Positions 34,222 to 45,630 of a DNA stretch of 64,000 nucleotides are shown piece after piece. The notes below the pieces were generated by a model. That model searched no databases. It worked only from the letters and a program-made list of their open reading frames with translations, and was not told the DNA's origin. Location: positions 8,018-72,017 of the forward strand of contig CANKCB010000005.1 in the NCBI GenBank assembly GCA_947480335.1, read 5' to 3'. The DNA comes from Gammaproteobacteria bacterium. Lineage in GTDB: Bacteria > Pseudomonadota > Gammaproteobacteria > Eutrophobiales > Eutrophobiaceae. Position numbers and translations under genes: made by a program. The stretch's first letter is position 1, and each line of letters starts with the position of its first letter.

Positions 34222-34279
34222 TCTTGAACAGGGAGAAATCTGTAAACCGGTCTTGAACAGGGAGAAATCTGTAAACCGG
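34222..34279 (+). repeat. Perfect 29 bp tandem direct repeat x2 (TCTTGAACAGGGAGAAATCTGTAAACCGG) followed by a G8 homopolymer, 15 bp upstream of the amidohydrolase ATG
   Basis: Units at 34222-34250 and 34251-34279 are identical; each contains TTGAAC and TAAACC promoter-like hexamers; G8 at 34278-34285. Confidence 0.9.
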
Positions 34280-34293
34280 GGGGGGCTAACGAT

Positions 34294-36174
34294 ATGATCC
34301 GAATTCTATTTGCTGTGGGTTTAACATGGTTTTGTATCACGTTGTCAGCACAGACCAGTGATGTGCCTGCAGAACTGATACATTATCCGGAGTTTGTATT
34401 CTACAACGGCCAGGTACTGACGGCAGATAAGGACCAGGATTTTACGATAGCCGAGGCGGTTGCGGTTCGTGGAAATAAAATACTGGCCGTGGGCAGCAGC
34501 CAGCAAATGCAACGTCTGATTGGACCAACGACACGCTCCATCGATTTGAAAGGTCGTTCATTGACACCTGGATTTATCTATAACGATGGAGATAACTCCG
34601 TTCCAGCAGGCGATATTCTTAAGGACAGTATGTGGGGTGGAAGGATCCAGGCTCATCTGGGCGGCAAGACACTGGATGAGGCATTGGCCACACTCGCAAA
34701 AATTGTCGAAACTGAAGGCAAGCCGGGAGAGCCACTGTTCATCAAGTTACAGGATCAGTGGGCAGGTAAGGCCATGCAGGACTGGAATAGGGCGACACTG
34801 GATGAGGTCGCACCGAATAATCCAGTCATCGTTTATATGGATGCAAATCTGGCGCTGGCCAACAAGGCGATGATCGAACTGGCGATCAAAAAAGGTTTGC
34901 CGGAAAATCACTTTCATCTCGACCGTACTGACAGTGGTGACTATACCGGCTGGACAGGTGCACAGGTGAGCGGATTTATCGGCCGTGAACTCAGACCATG
35001 GCCAGATCCTGAATGGTTTGACGAAGTGGCCATACCGATGGCGGTTGAGTCTCTGGCCAATTATGCGCGCCATGGTGTGACGGTGGCCACCGGTCATATG
35101 AGTGCACCCACAATGACAATTCTGAATCGTCTGTTCCACGAGCAACCACAGGACCTGAAAGTACGCGTTTATCCCGGTCTGGATTTTTTGCGTCAGACTC
35201 CAAATGCCGAAATTTATCTGAAGCGCATCGGCAATCTGGTTGATTTTTCACTGGTGGATGAACGTGGTCCGATGGTCACGATTGTTGGCGCCTCAGTAGG
35301 CCCACATACAGGGGCGCCGGATGGCCCTATTAGTCTGTTGACGATAGAACCAAAGACAAATGTTATTCCTGATTTGAGTCCAAACACTCACGGATTTAAC
35401 AGTTGGACTGCGCAGTCTTTTACCGGCATGAAACAGGAAGCGCTCACGCCGGAACAACTGCGGCAGACTGACTATTACAATATCATCCTCGCACGCCAGC
35501 ACGGCTGGAATGTGACTGGTATCCACAATATGGGCAGTGAGGGAATCCGTCTGGCAATGCAAAGTGTGGTCGATGCTGAGCAACAAGATAAACTGTATGT
35601 GAAGAAACTCTGGAGACCGCAAAGCTTTGATCACAATATTGACTGGATGAACGAGGTATACGAATTCTATAGTTCGCATCCTGTGCTGAAAGATATTCTG
35701 CGTTTTGGCGTAAACCTGCGCATCGTTATCAAGCAACGTGATGCGGCACCACTTGGTATCAAGGATGTGATTGAAGCGCAGTGGGGTATGGCGGGGCTGG
35801 AGCGATTGGCGCCGCTACGTACTCTGTTGCAGAAGGGTATACCATTCCATATTGAAGGAACCGAGCCGGGTGACAAGGATTCCAGCCCAACCTGGTATAT
35901 GCAAAAAGCGGTAACACGTATCGATCAACATGGGCGTGTCATAGCGGCAAATGAAACGCTGGATCGGAAGACGGCTTTCCTCGCATTGACTCGCTGGCCC
36001 GCCAGGTTTATTGGATCTGAAAAGGATCTCGGTTCAATCCAACCAGGAATGCTCGCCGATCTGGTTGTATTCGACGGGAATCTGCTGGACGTACCGATTG
36101 AACAACTGGCCGAACTGCGGCCACTACTGACGCTGGTTGGTGGCAAGGTCGCCTATGAAGATGCCGGGTTATGA
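34294..36174 (+). CDS. Secreted metal-dependent amidohydrolase (Amidohydro_3 family)
   Basis: Signal peptide [21 protein letters not shown]; 626 aa; C-terminal region typical of Amidohydro_3 ([19 protein letters not shown]). Confidence 0.75.
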   Translation: MIRILFAVGLTWFCITLSAQTSDVPAELIHYPEFVFYNGQVLTADKDQDFTIAEAVAVRGNKILAVGSSQQMQRLIGPTTRSIDLKGRSLTPGFIYNDGDNSVPAGDILKDSMWGGRIQAHLGGKTLDEALATLAKIVETEGKPGEPLFIKLQDQWAGKAMQDWNRATLDEVAPNNPVIVYMDANLALANKAMIELAIKKGLPENHFHLDRTDSGDYTGWTGAQVSGFIGRELRPWPDPEWFDEVAIPMAVESLANYARHGVTVATGHMSAPTMTILNRLFHEQPQDLKVRVYPGLDFLRQTPNAEIYLKRIGNLVDFSLVDERGPMVTIVGASVGPHTGAPDGPISLLTIEPKTNVIPDLSPNTHGFNSWTAQSFTGMKQEALTPEQLRQTDYYNIILARQHGWNVTGIHNMGSEGIRLAMQSVVDAEQQDKLYVKKLWRPQSFDHNIDWMNEVYEFYSSHPVLKDILRFGVNLRIVIKQRDAAPLGIKDVIEAQWGMAGLERLAPLRTLLQKGIPFHIEGTEPGDKDSSPTWYMQKAVTRIDQHGRVIAANETLDRKTAFLALTRWPARFIGSEKDLGSIQPGMLADLVVFDGNLLDVPIEQLAELRPLLTLVGGKVAYEDAGL

Positions 36175-36626
36175 TGGCCGGTTGACTGCCTGGACAATAC
36201 TCTGTCCAGACTGTCTGCAAAAGCCTTGCGATCGCTCTGATTCAGCGCTGCTGGCCCGCCAGTATGAATGCCACTTGCCCGTAGCGTGTCCATAAAGTCG
36301 CGCATATTCAATCTCGCCCTGATCGAGTCGGTCGTATAGAGCTCACCGCGTGGATTGAGCGCCTGTCCACCCTTGCTGATGACTTCGGCAGCTAGCGGGA
36401 TGTCCGCGGTGATGACCAGATCTCCTGCGCTGAGCCGTTTGACAATTTCATTGTCGGCCACATCAAAACCGGCTGCGACCTGTATGGATTTGATATACGG
36501 TGAGGCAGGAGTACGGATCAATTGATTGGCGACCAGCATCAGTTCAACACCGGTGCGGTCCGCTGCACGAAACAGTATTTCCTTGATAACGCCTGGACAG
36601 GCATCTGCATCCACCCAGATTTTCAT
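36153..36626 (-). CDS. yaiI: UPF0178 protein YaiI (DUF188)
   Basis: [22 protein letters not shown]...[13 protein letters not shown]...[22 protein letters not shown] closely matches E. coli YaiI. Start set at the internal ATG 36626. Confidence 0.85.
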   Translation of the reverse strand: MKIWVDADACPGVIKEILFRAADRTGVELMLVANQLIRTPASPYIKSIQVAAGFDVADNEIVKRLSAGDLVITADIPLAAEVISKGGQALNPRGELYTTDSIRARLNMRDFMDTLRASGIHTGGPAALNQSDRKAFADSLDRVLSRQSTGHHNPASS

Positions 36627-36846
36627 AATAAATTCAGTTTTGTGGTCAAGGTCATCGTCATACGGTATGTCAGGCAGGATACTGTTTTCTGATGTCGGCA
36701 TCCAGTCTGTGATCACCCGTGCCCGCAACCGTAGCAAATTGGCCTGACCGAATTAACGTTAGGGTACAGTCAGCAATCATGATTTAATGAGATTCTGTCC
36801 ATCGACAGTCGTCCGCTGGCACGTTTCCCAGCCACAGGAGAATGAT

Positions 36847-37347
36847 ATGTCTGTTGAAATCTATTTGAAGCTGGATGGTATTGCCGGTGGTTCACGAAAT
36901 TTTGCCTTCAAGGGCTGCACCGACATTACTTCCTGGGGTTGGGAATTGGATAGCAACCGCAACACTGCCGATCTGTCCGAAAATGACAAAACGTCATGCA
37001 GACAGATTTCTGTGGTCAAGCGTATTGGTATGGACAGTCCCGATATCATGGCGCATTACATGAAAGGTAAAATCATACCCTTTGCCAACCTGACAGCCAT
37101 TCCACTGGTGAGCAAACGCGAGGCCAGACAGAAATACCTGTCCATACATATGGAAGATGTGCTGATTAAATCGATTATGACCGGCGGCAATGCGACAGAT
37201 GAATTTTTTAATGAGACGCTGGTGTTGTTATTTAGCCGGGTGAGAACCGAGGTGACGATTAACCCGGTAGTTGGATCAGATGTAGCCACGGCTGTGGATT
37301 ACAACTTTGCCTGGGACATTGCCCATAATCGTGACTGGCCACAGTAA
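36847..37347 (+). CDS. hcp: Type VI secretion system tube protein Hcp (TssD), orphan copy
   Basis: MSVEIYLKLDGIAGGS...TDITSWGWE...IGMDSPDIMAHYMKGKIIPFANLT...YLSIHMEDVLIKSIMTGGNATDE...FAWDI follows the Hcp1 pattern block by block. AGGAG RBS 7 nt upstream of ATG 36847. Confidence 0.85.
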   Translation: MSVEIYLKLDGIAGGSRNFAFKGCTDITSWGWELDSNRNTADLSENDKTSCRQISVVKRIGMDSPDIMAHYMKGKIIPFANLTAIPLVSKREARQKYLSIHMEDVLIKSIMTGGNATDEFFNETLVLLFSRVRTEVTINPVVGSDVATAVDYNFAWDIAHNRDWPQ

Positions 37348-37466
37348 TAGTCTGCACTCTGAAACCGGCAAGGTAAATCAAGCAGCTCACTGTATGTAAA
37401 ATAACGCTAAAGTTTTTTTCAAGCTGGTCGATTATCCGTGTGTATGACCACAACTGCTAATAGTCT

Positions 37467-38513
37467 ATGTTGACAAAAGTTACGATGGAATTGTCGTCGG
37501 AATATCTCCGGCTTGCCTTGCCTTATATGTCACGATATCGCGTCCCTATCACACCGCAAAATTATGCGGTCTGGTATGAGTATGTGGCTGGTGCCAATCA
37601 GCCACTGAAAGCGGCGCTGGATACACTGGTTGAAAATGAACAATCCATTGATGAAGAGATAACAGCAAGCCTGTATCAAAAATATGTTGATCCAACTGAT
37701 TTGGGCAAGATTGAATCCGCCCAGCAGTTGCTGCATACATTGGCCGATACGCTGACGACGTCTCTGGATACAGCCAATGGTGAAGTTAGCCGTTACGAAA
37801 AATCATTAAAGGATTGCGCCACTAATTTACAGACCAATATCGATCCGGATGAATTTAAAGCGCTGGTCCAGAGTCTGGAACAAAGCACGCGACAGATGAG
37901 TTCTGGTAGTCAGCAACTTCAACAACATCTGGCAGACAGCCAGCGTGAGGCGGATCAGTTACGCAGCGAACTGGTGAAAACACGCAATGAAGCCAAAAAA
38001 GATGCAATGACGGGTCTGGCTAATCGCAAGGGGCTGGAAGAAATGGTACAGCGCTTATCAGGGGAAAACCGGCTGGGTAGCACCTGCGTGCTGATTTGTG
38101 ATATTGATAACTTCAAAAGTGTTAATGATTCCTATGGCCACCTTATTGGAGACAAGGTAATTCGTATGGTGGCTGATGTGTTGAAAAATCAAATCAAGGG
38201 CAGGGACACGCCGGCACGCTTCGGTGGTGAAGAATTTATCATCCTGCTTCCGGATACTGAACTGCGCGGTGCCCGATCAGTTGCAGAATCCATTCGTCGA
38301 GCAGTGGAAGGATGCAAGATTGTCCGACCCCGAACCGGTGAAGCAATACGTCAGGTCACGATTTCAATTGGTATAACACAGTGTCTGGTCAAGGAAGACT
38401 TCCAGGAAACTGTGTCCAGGGCAGATCAGGCATTGTATGCTGCAAAACAAGCCGGTCGTAACCGGGTTGAAGTGAATACTCCGCTGCATGAAATGAAAGT
38501 AATGGTCTGTTAG
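37467..38513 (+). CDS. Diguanylate cyclase (GGDEF) with N-terminal coiled-coil domain
   Basis: RFGGEEFIILLPDT active-site motif; the N-terminal ~170 aa are helical/coiled-coil with no TM segments. Confidence 0.85.
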   Translation: MLTKVTMELSSEYLRLALPYMSRYRVPITPQNYAVWYEYVAGANQPLKAALDTLVENEQSIDEEITASLYQKYVDPTDLGKIESAQQLLHTLADTLTTSLDTANGEVSRYEKSLKDCATNLQTNIDPDEFKALVQSLEQSTRQMSSGSQQLQQHLADSQREADQLRSELVKTRNEAKKDAMTGLANRKGLEEMVQRLSGENRLGSTCVLICDIDNFKSVNDSYGHLIGDKVIRMVADVLKNQIKGRDTPARFGGEEFIILLPDTELRGARSVAESIRRAVEGCKIVRPRTGEAIRQVTISIGITQCLVKEDFQETVSRADQALYAAKQAGRNRVEVNTPLHEMKVMVC

Positions 38514-38548
38514 CTGCCCTGAACACAGCTGCAATAATCAGGATCAGA

Positions 38549-39013
38549 TTATTTCTTTTTCCTTACTGACTTCTTTGTCACCGGTTTTTTCTTCGCAGGT
38601 GTCCTGACCGGCTTTTTGGTAGCAGTTTTTTTGGTGCTCTTGCGTGCGGTCACCTGGATTTCAATCTTGATTCTCGGATCGGCCAGACCGGCTGAATACA
38701 TAATTACCGCAGGACGTACCTTGCCGAAATATTTACGCAACGCCGGAAAGCACTTTTCAAATTCGGATGCGTCTGTTAATACATAGGTTGCCTTGACGAC
38801 ATCATTCATCGAGGCATTCGCCTGTTTCAATGCGGCGGCAATGTTTTTCAGACATTGTTCGGTCTGCTCGACTAAGTCGTCCGATATGGTCATGTTGGCA
38901 TAATTGAATCCTGTCGTGCCGGATACAAACACCCATTTGCCGTCAACCACGGCGCGTGAATATCCGATTTCGGCCTCAAATTTCGAGCCGGAGCTGATGA
39001 GCTTGCGTGCCAT
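38549..39013 (-). CDS. RidA/YjgF/L-PSP family protein fused to a C-terminal Lys/Pro/Thr-rich histone-H1-like tail
   Basis: RidA core (AVVDGKWVFVSGTTGF...VKATYVLTDASEF...IEIQVTA), then RKSTKKTATKKPVRTPAKKKPVTKKSVRKKK. Confidence 0.75.
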   Translation of the reverse strand: MARKLISSGSKFEAEIGYSRAVVDGKWVFVSGTTGFNYANMTISDDLVEQTEQCLKNIAAALKQANASMNDVVKATYVLTDASEFEKCFPALRKYFGKVRPAVIMYSAGLADPRIKIEIQVTARKSTKKTATKKPVRTPAKKKPVTKKSVRKKK

Positions 39014-39119
39014 TTTATTCTCCCTGTTTTAATTAATCTTAAAAGAGCCAAATATAAATGATTGGCAGTTGTTATGAAACTGTAATTATCCGTTCTGCCT
39101 CACCCTGGTAAGACAAGCT

Positions 39120-39875
39120 TCAGAGCGCTTGCCACAGCAGTGAAATGGCGCCTGCTACGACCATCGCCTCCATCACCCAGACATGGATTTTAAGAGGGAT
39201 ATGCGCAAGCAATTTGCGTGCGATAAAGGCACCGGGTGAGGTACATAATCCTACCATCAGGCCAACCAATGCCAGCTCAGGCGTCAGTCTGGCCATGCTG
39301 CCAAATAACAGTATCTTGGTGATGGCCATGACCACACCAATAATACCGTCAGTGGCTATCAGGGCCATCCCTTGCAGGCCAGCTGACATCATGATCGATA
39401 TCAGTATGACACCGGTGCCCGCCATGCCACCGTTAATAAACCCAAACACGCCGCCGGCAAAACAAAGTGACACCGGGGAAATCCGGAAATGTGAACGGTG
39501 CAATACACGCCGTAACGGTACACTGCACAGCAGGAACAGTCCCAGTAACAGGGCAACCCACCGGCTCGACAACAAGGTGTAGCTCCAGGCGCCGAGCAGG
39601 CAACCCGGGATCCCCAGACACAGGATAAGTCCGGCAGGTTTCCATTCGATGTTTTGCCGGAATGCCAGTACGCGACTGAAATTGTTCAATAGAATGACCA
39701 TCGACATCATCGGGATAACATTAGTGACACCAACCAGAGGTGCCAGAAACACCGGCAATATCAGGCCGGCGCCATAACCTGCGATACCACTCATGACGGA
39801 TGCGAGAAAAGCAACCGTGCAGGCCAGAGCCAGTTGTATCAGGTCAATATCAACAAGATGAAATACCGTGTCCAT
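39120..39875 (-). CDS. TauE/SafE family sulfite/anion exporter
   Basis: 251 aa, 7-8 TM helices with duplicated halves and a GYGAG-like motif (IAGYGAGLILPVFL). Confidence 0.75.
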   Translation of the reverse strand: MDTVFHLVDIDLIQLALACTVAFLASVMSGIAGYGAGLILPVFLAPLVGVTNVIPMMSMVILLNNFSRVLAFRQNIEWKPAGLILCLGIPGCLLGAWSYTLLSSRWVALLLGLFLLCSVPLRRVLHRSHFRISPVSLCFAGGVFGFINGGMAGTGVILISIMMSAGLQGMALIATDGIIGVVMAITKILLFGSMARLTPELALVGLMVGLCTSPGAFIARKLLAHIPLKIHVWVMEAMVVAGAISLLWQAL

Positions 39876-40053
39876 AGCCGGTGATCGGGACGGGTCCAGA
39901 TTGGATTAACAGAAAAAGGTCAGGGCAATTCTAGCGCGGATTGTCTGTCCGAGTCTTTGAAAATCCTGTGATGGAAAACAGCCACCTGTATTTCCCAAAA
40001 ACGGGTTCTGTATTCAAAACATACAACAGGAACCACCCTGTTACCGAAATTTA

Positions 40054-40939
<886 letters not shown>

Positions 40940-41019
40940 TTAGCAATACTGGCAGGGTAACAAAACTTTTATCCCGGGTTAATCGACTTTGGAGATATTC
41001 ACGTTTGCGTGCTAACCGC

Positions 41020-41946
41020 TCAAAGCGGAGCTGACTGGTATCCCCCGGTATGCAGAAATAGTAGTTTGCTGCCACGAGCAAGGTATCCGCACTGCACCAT
41101 ATGCTCCAGTTGCAACAGTACCTTGCCAGTATAGACATAATCCAGTGGCAACGATGTTGCAGCTTGCAGTGTACGCATACGTTGCATCACCGCTTCAGTC
41201 GGTTTGCCATATCGACCCCACGGAGCACTGCCTTCAAACTGGAGATGACGGGCAAGTATCTGTGCCGCCAGCTTTGATCCAACCTTGTCTACCAGCGCAG
41301 TTTGTCCCTGAGCGGGCAAAGCGTCATAGCCTCGCAGTGTGGATATGGCCAGCACTTTGGGTAAGGTCTTCTCCGGACGTTGTGATAATCCCCATGCCAG
41401 ACCCGCAGCAGTACCCCCGGTACCAACAGCACAAACTATCCAGTGATAGGAATCAAGCTCGGTAATCTCCTCGATGATCTGTGCCACACCATCGAGCGCC
41501 ACTGACGAGGTGCCTCCTTCCGGGAGCAGATAGGGAATCATATCCAGGCCAAGATTGGCCGCCAGCTCCGCTGCGTTCAGTTGTAGTAAAGCATCATACT
41601 GATTGGGGTTCACGGCGATAATATTCATTTGCAGTCTGCGACATTCATCGAGCACAACAGAATGGCCCAACTTATCAGTGCCACGGACGATACCTGTTGT
41701 GGACAAACCGGTTTGCTGACCGGCTTGCGCTATTGCCAGCAAGTGATTGGAGAAACGTCCACCAAAAGTAACCAGTGACGAATGACCAGACTGAAGACAG
41801 ACTTGTATATGCGGCAAGGATTTACGTAACTTGTTACCAATGATTTGTGGATGAATCAGATCATCCCTTTTCACCAGCAGCATAATGCCTGCCTGCTCAA
41901 AAGCCTGCAAGTTGACAGTCTGGATCGGCGTGGGTACGTCCAGCAT
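41020..41946 (-). CDS. PLP-dependent 1-aminocyclopropane-1-carboxylate deaminase / D-cysteine desulfhydrase family protein
   Basis: KRDDL...GNKLRK lysine region and GGxxSNH-like motif (GGRFSNHLLAIA); start likely the internal Met (MLDVPTPIQ). Confidence 0.7.
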   Translation of the reverse strand: MLDVPTPIQTVNLQAFEQAGIMLLVKRDDLIHPQIIGNKLRKSLPHIQVCLQSGHSSLVTFGGRFSNHLLAIAQAGQQTGLSTTGIVRGTDKLGHSVVLDECRRLQMNIIAVNPNQYDALLQLNAAELAANLGLDMIPYLLPEGGTSSVALDGVAQIIEEITELDSYHWIVCAVGTGGTAAGLAWGLSQRPEKTLPKVLAISTLRGYDALPAQGQTALVDKVGSKLAAQILARHLQFEGSAPWGRYGKPTEAVMQRMRTLQAATSLPLDYVYTGKVLLQLEHMVQCGYLARGSKLLFLHTGGYQSAPL

Positions 41947-42147
41947 TGACCTGGGCAACGTGGTACCCATTAACTATTATGAAACATACAGATTCATTAA
42001 CACTGTTTTTTCAAACACCGCGATGTAAATGAGCACGCCGTCCTGTTTTAAGGCAGGCCTCTTATAATGTAATGGAAGGGGCCAGTCGTATCTGTTCCAG
42101 AAAGACTGGCCCGGCTGATTGCGTTGCCCGATGGGGGCAAGCACAAG

Positions 42148-42369
42148 TTACTGTCTGACGTAGGTAATCTTCATCTTGCCGGCATCACAGGCGCCAACAA
42201 TTTTCTTGTCTGTTTCCTGTTCTACCGGGACGATTTCGAGCACATAATTTTTAACGCCCTTGCCATCCAGTTTTGCAGAAATTTCACCCTTGAGTTCTTC
42301 ACAAGGCTTGGCCGCCTGTGCCTGGGCAACCACGACAAATGACAACAACATAAACAACACTTTGTTCAT
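42148..42369 (-). CDS. DUF1161 small periplasmic protein
   Basis: Signal peptide MNKVLFMLLSFVVVAQAQA, two cysteines, 73 aa. The DUF1161 assignment is from memory and tentative. Confidence 0.5.
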   Translation of the reverse strand: MNKVLFMLLSFVVVAQAQAAKPCEELKGEISAKLDGKGVKNYVLEIVPVEQETDKKIVGACDAGKMKITYVRQ

Positions 42370-42482
42370 AAAGGCTTCCCCTGATTATTCTGTTTTATCA
42401 TATACAGTACTACCCCCGAGACAGAGAATAGCAAAATGATGCCGTTGATTAAAGTCGGCTCTTACTCCGGTTACCTGTCAGC

Positions 42483-42665
42483 TCAGCAGCAACGGTTCAC
42501 GCCGCGTGACTTCAACTCAAGCCGATACAGGTAAAATTTCTGACGTGTGAGTACTGGTTCTGACGTATGTGCGCACTGGCGATGTGCCAGATAGTGTTCA
42601 TAGGCATCATCACCAGTCAACTGACGCAGAAATCTCCATATATACAACAAGCGTTTATGCAGCAT
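42483..42665 (-). CDS. ybdD: YbdD/YjiX family small protein (DUF466), CstA partner
   Basis: 60 aa ending ...RCC with YEHYLAH motif; immediately downstream of cstA as in E. coli cstA-ybdD. Confidence 0.8.
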   Translation of the reverse strand: MLHKRLLYIWRFLRQLTGDDAYEHYLAHRQCAHTSEPVLTRQKFYLYRLELKSRGVNRCC

Positions 42666-42683
42666 CGTTATCTACCTTGGTAT

Positions 42684-44747
42684 TTATTTCACTGCGTAGG
42701 CTTCACAGGAGACATAGGCAGACTCGGACAGTGGCAAGACCGCCTTGCCGTTAACAAAACGATAACTGATCCGGCACATGTCGAGAATGACGATCCAGAG
42801 CATGGAAGCAAATAATACTGTCAACACCGCATCGATACGTTGACCGACAATCAGCTGTGGTGCCACGTTTGCCAGTTCCGGTGCCAGCGTTCCGGCGGCA
42901 AGCTTGCTGGCCATATCCGTCGCACCGGCGAGAAATCCGATTTGCGGATTGCTGCTAAACACCTTTTCAAAGGAAGCCCAGGTACAAATAATGGCAATCC
43001 AGGCCAGCGGCAATGCCGTCACCCATACATGGCGTTGCTTGCCCATCTTGATCAATATGCCGGTTGCAACCGACAGCGCAATCCCGGCGAGCAGCTGATT
43101 GGCGATACCAAATAATGGCCACAGGATGTTGACGCCACCCAGCGGATCCATCACGCCCTGGATCAGGAAATATCCCCAGGCCGCAACAAACAGTGCGCTG
43201 GACAAGATAGTGACGGGATAGGACGAAATATCGCCCATTGGTTTCCAGACAGTCTTCAAACAATCCTGCAGGATAAACCGTCCTACGCGGGTACCGGCAT
43301 CGAGTGTGGTCAGAATAAACAACACTTCAAACATGATGGCGAAGTGGTACCACATGGCCATCAGGTTCTTGCCAAAACTGCTGCTGAAAATGGCGGCCAT
43401 GCCAACCGCCAGCGAAGGCGCACCACCGGTACGTGCAAACAGGGTTTTCTCACCCATCTGTGTTGCCAGTGCCTGCATCTGTTCTACAGTGACCATAAAT
43501 CCCCAGGAATTGATCATATTGACCGCCTCACCGGCAACCTTGCCAACAACTCCACCCGGACTATTGATTGCAAAGTAAACTCCCGGCTCCAGCGTACAGG
43601 CTGCCACCATGGCCATGATGGCAACAAACGATTCCAGTGCCATACTGCCATAGCCGATCATACGGACATCGGCCTCGTTGCTAAGCAGTTTCGGTGTCGT
43701 GCCAGAAGCGATTAAGGAATGGAAACCGGATATCGCACCGCAAGCAATGGTAATAAACACAAACGGGAAGACATCGCCCTTGAAGATGGGGCCGGTACCG
43801 TCAATAAATTGTGTCAATGCCGGCATTTTAATGGCCGGTGCATAGAGCATGATGGAAAAGGCCAGCAGGATAACCACTCCGATTTTCAGAAACGCGGACA
43901 GATAATCACGCGGTGCCAGTAACAGCCAGATGGGTAATACCGCAGCAATAAAGCCATAAATAATCACAAACCAGGCACAGGTCATGGCATTCCAGTCAAA
44001 CAACGGTGCAAGCGTACTGTTGCCATGAACCCAGCCACCACCCACGACACACATCAACAGCAGCACAAGACCGATGATCGAACCTTCCAGAATCCGTCCC
44101 GGACGTATATTACTCAGGTAAATTCCGACCAGCATCGCGGCCGGTATCGTACCCAACACCGTGGTTGTGGCCCAGGGACTGTTTTTCATTGCATTGACTA
44201 CGACCAGACCGAGCACGGCCACGATTACCGTGATAATCATCATCGTACCGAAAATCGCTGCCCAGCCACCGACCGGTCCAAGCTCGTCTTTTGCCATCTG
44301 TCCCAGACTGCGCCCATCCCGCCGGAGTGAACAGAACAGCACTACCAGATCCTGCACACAGCCGCCCAGTACCGATCCAATCAGGATCCACAGCGTACCG
44401 GGCAGATAGCCAAACTGTGCCGCCAGCGTAGGCCCGATTAATGGACCGGGTCCGGCAATCGCCGCAAAGTGGTGTCCGAAGACTATCCATTTATTGGTAG
44501 GGATATAGTCGCGGTTATTATTCAGTCGCACCGCTGGAGTGGCACGGGTGGCATCCAGTGTCAGTACCCGCGCACAAATCCATGCGCTGTAAAACCGGTA
44601 TGCCAGCAGGTAGACACAAATGGCTGCAACAATAAACCAGACGGCATTGATTGACTCATCGCGGAAGATAGCAATATTGGCCAGTGCCCAGGCACCTACC
44701 AGTGCAATGGCTGACCACAATATTATCGATGGCCCTGTACGTTTCAT
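42684..44747 (-). CDS. cstA: Carbon starvation protein A (peptide/pyruvate transporter)
   Basis: 687 aa polytopic membrane protein; the N-terminal region (MKRTGPSIILW...DYIPTNKWIVFGHHFAAIAGPGPLIGP) is characteristic of CstA. Confidence 0.9.
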   Translation of the reverse strand: MKRTGPSIILWSAIALVGAWALANIAIFRDESINAVWFIVAAICVYLLAYRFYSAWICARVLTLDATRATPAVRLNNNRDYIPTNKWIVFGHHFAAIAGPGPLIGPTLAAQFGYLPGTLWILIGSVLGGCVQDLVVLFCSLRRDGRSLGQMAKDELGPVGGWAAIFGTMMIITVIVAVLGLVVVNAMKNSPWATTTVLGTIPAAMLVGIYLSNIRPGRILEGSIIGLVLLLMCVVGGGWVHGNSTLAPLFDWNAMTCAWFVIIYGFIAAVLPIWLLLAPRDYLSAFLKIGVVILLAFSIMLYAPAIKMPALTQFIDGTGPIFKGDVFPFVFITIACGAISGFHSLIASGTTPKLLSNEADVRMIGYGSMALESFVAIMAMVAACTLEPGVYFAINSPGGVVGKVAGEAVNMINSWGFMVTVEQMQALATQMGEKTLFARTGGAPSLAVGMAAIFSSSFGKNLMAMWYHFAIMFEVLFILTTLDAGTRVGRFILQDCLKTVWKPMGDISSYPVTILSSALFVAAWGYFLIQGVMDPLGGVNILWPLFGIANQLLAGIALSVATGILIKMGKQRHVWVTALPLAWIAIICTWASFEKVFSSNPQIGFLAGATDMASKLAAGTLAPELANVAPQLIVGQRIDAVLTVLFASMLWIVILDMCRISYRFVNGKAVLPLSESAYVSCEAYAVK

Positions 44748-45177
44748 GGTCCCCCCCCTAGTAAGAGACGTGCCCCGTCATACCATGACGGGATCATTAA
44801 TCGTGAATGACCGGATTATAACCTAATAAAATTTGATGCAGTAACTGCACTACAGTCGAACTGTTTATGCAGCAGTGCACCAATATTCCTGATGAGCATG
44901 TCCCGACAATGGATACTGCAGTGCCGGCATGTGGTTTTATTTCTTTTCGAAAGGCAGAAAGCCGGGTTTATTGTCCTTCTTATCCTTTTTGGCTGCACGC
45001 TTTTCCTTCAGGGACAAGGCCGGTTTTTTCTGGGTTTCGCGGGTATTGTTTCGTTCTTTTGACATGGTGGCACTCCTGCTCAGTAGGTGGGTATGGACAT
45101 CTGTATCTTGTACCTCACTCTACTCCTGCAACGTGCCGATGTATCCCTGTTTATCCTTTTACCTGTAAACTTTAACC

Positions 45178-45630
45178 ATGAATGTAAAACTCGCAAAACT
45201 GGTATTACAGACACTCGCCGTGATGCATATTATCGCCGGCCTTGCATTACCCTGGCTGGTCGACTTACCGCAGTTTGCTTTCTACAACCGGCACTTGCTC
45301 GCTGCATTCAATACCGACGTCAGTGAGGCACTGGCTATGGGAAAATTCATGGTCGGCCTGTTAGGACCCACCATTGCCAGTTGGGGAGTCTTGTTCCTGT
45401 TTGTGGTCACAGTTTCGTTCCAGACCCGATCAAAAACAGGCTGGTATATCATGCTCATCGCCATCACCGGCTGGACACTGTCTGATATGTACCTTTCGTT
45501 CGTGGCTGGCGTCTACCTGAATCTCGTTATCGATTTGATCGTTTCGGGACTGTTACTGACACCGCTGCTAAAAACCCGTCGCTGGTTTTTTCCCCATCTC
45601 GTTAACACGGAACACGGACAAGCTATTTGA
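45178..45630 (+). CDS. Hypothetical membrane protein (4 TM)
   Basis: 150 aa hydrophobic ORF divergent from cstA; no family recognised. Confidence 0.45.
   Translation: MNVKLAKLVLQTLAVMHIIAGLALPWLVDLPQFAFYNRHLLAAFNTDVSEALAMGKFMVGLLGPTIASWGVLFLFVVTVSFQTRSKTGWYIMLIAITGWTLSDMYLSFVAGVYLNLVIDLIVSGLLLTPLLKTRRWFFPHLVNTEHGQAI

Noticed and set aside
34222-34279. Possible CRISPR-like repeat (29 bp units)
   Set aside because: Only two immediately adjacent identical units with no spacer and no cas genes, so this is a tandem duplication, not a CRISPR array.
42840-44490. Multiple plus and minus small ORFs within cstA
   Set aside because: They overlap the conserved CstA membrane protein and have no independent support.
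44760-45175. Inverted repeat TGCACT-N22-AGTGCA (44844-44877) and small ORFs in the cstA upstream region
   Set aside because: The half-sites do not match the CRP consensus (TGTGA-N6-TCACA) and the spacing is odd. I could not support a specific regulator site, and the ORFs lack RBS or homology.
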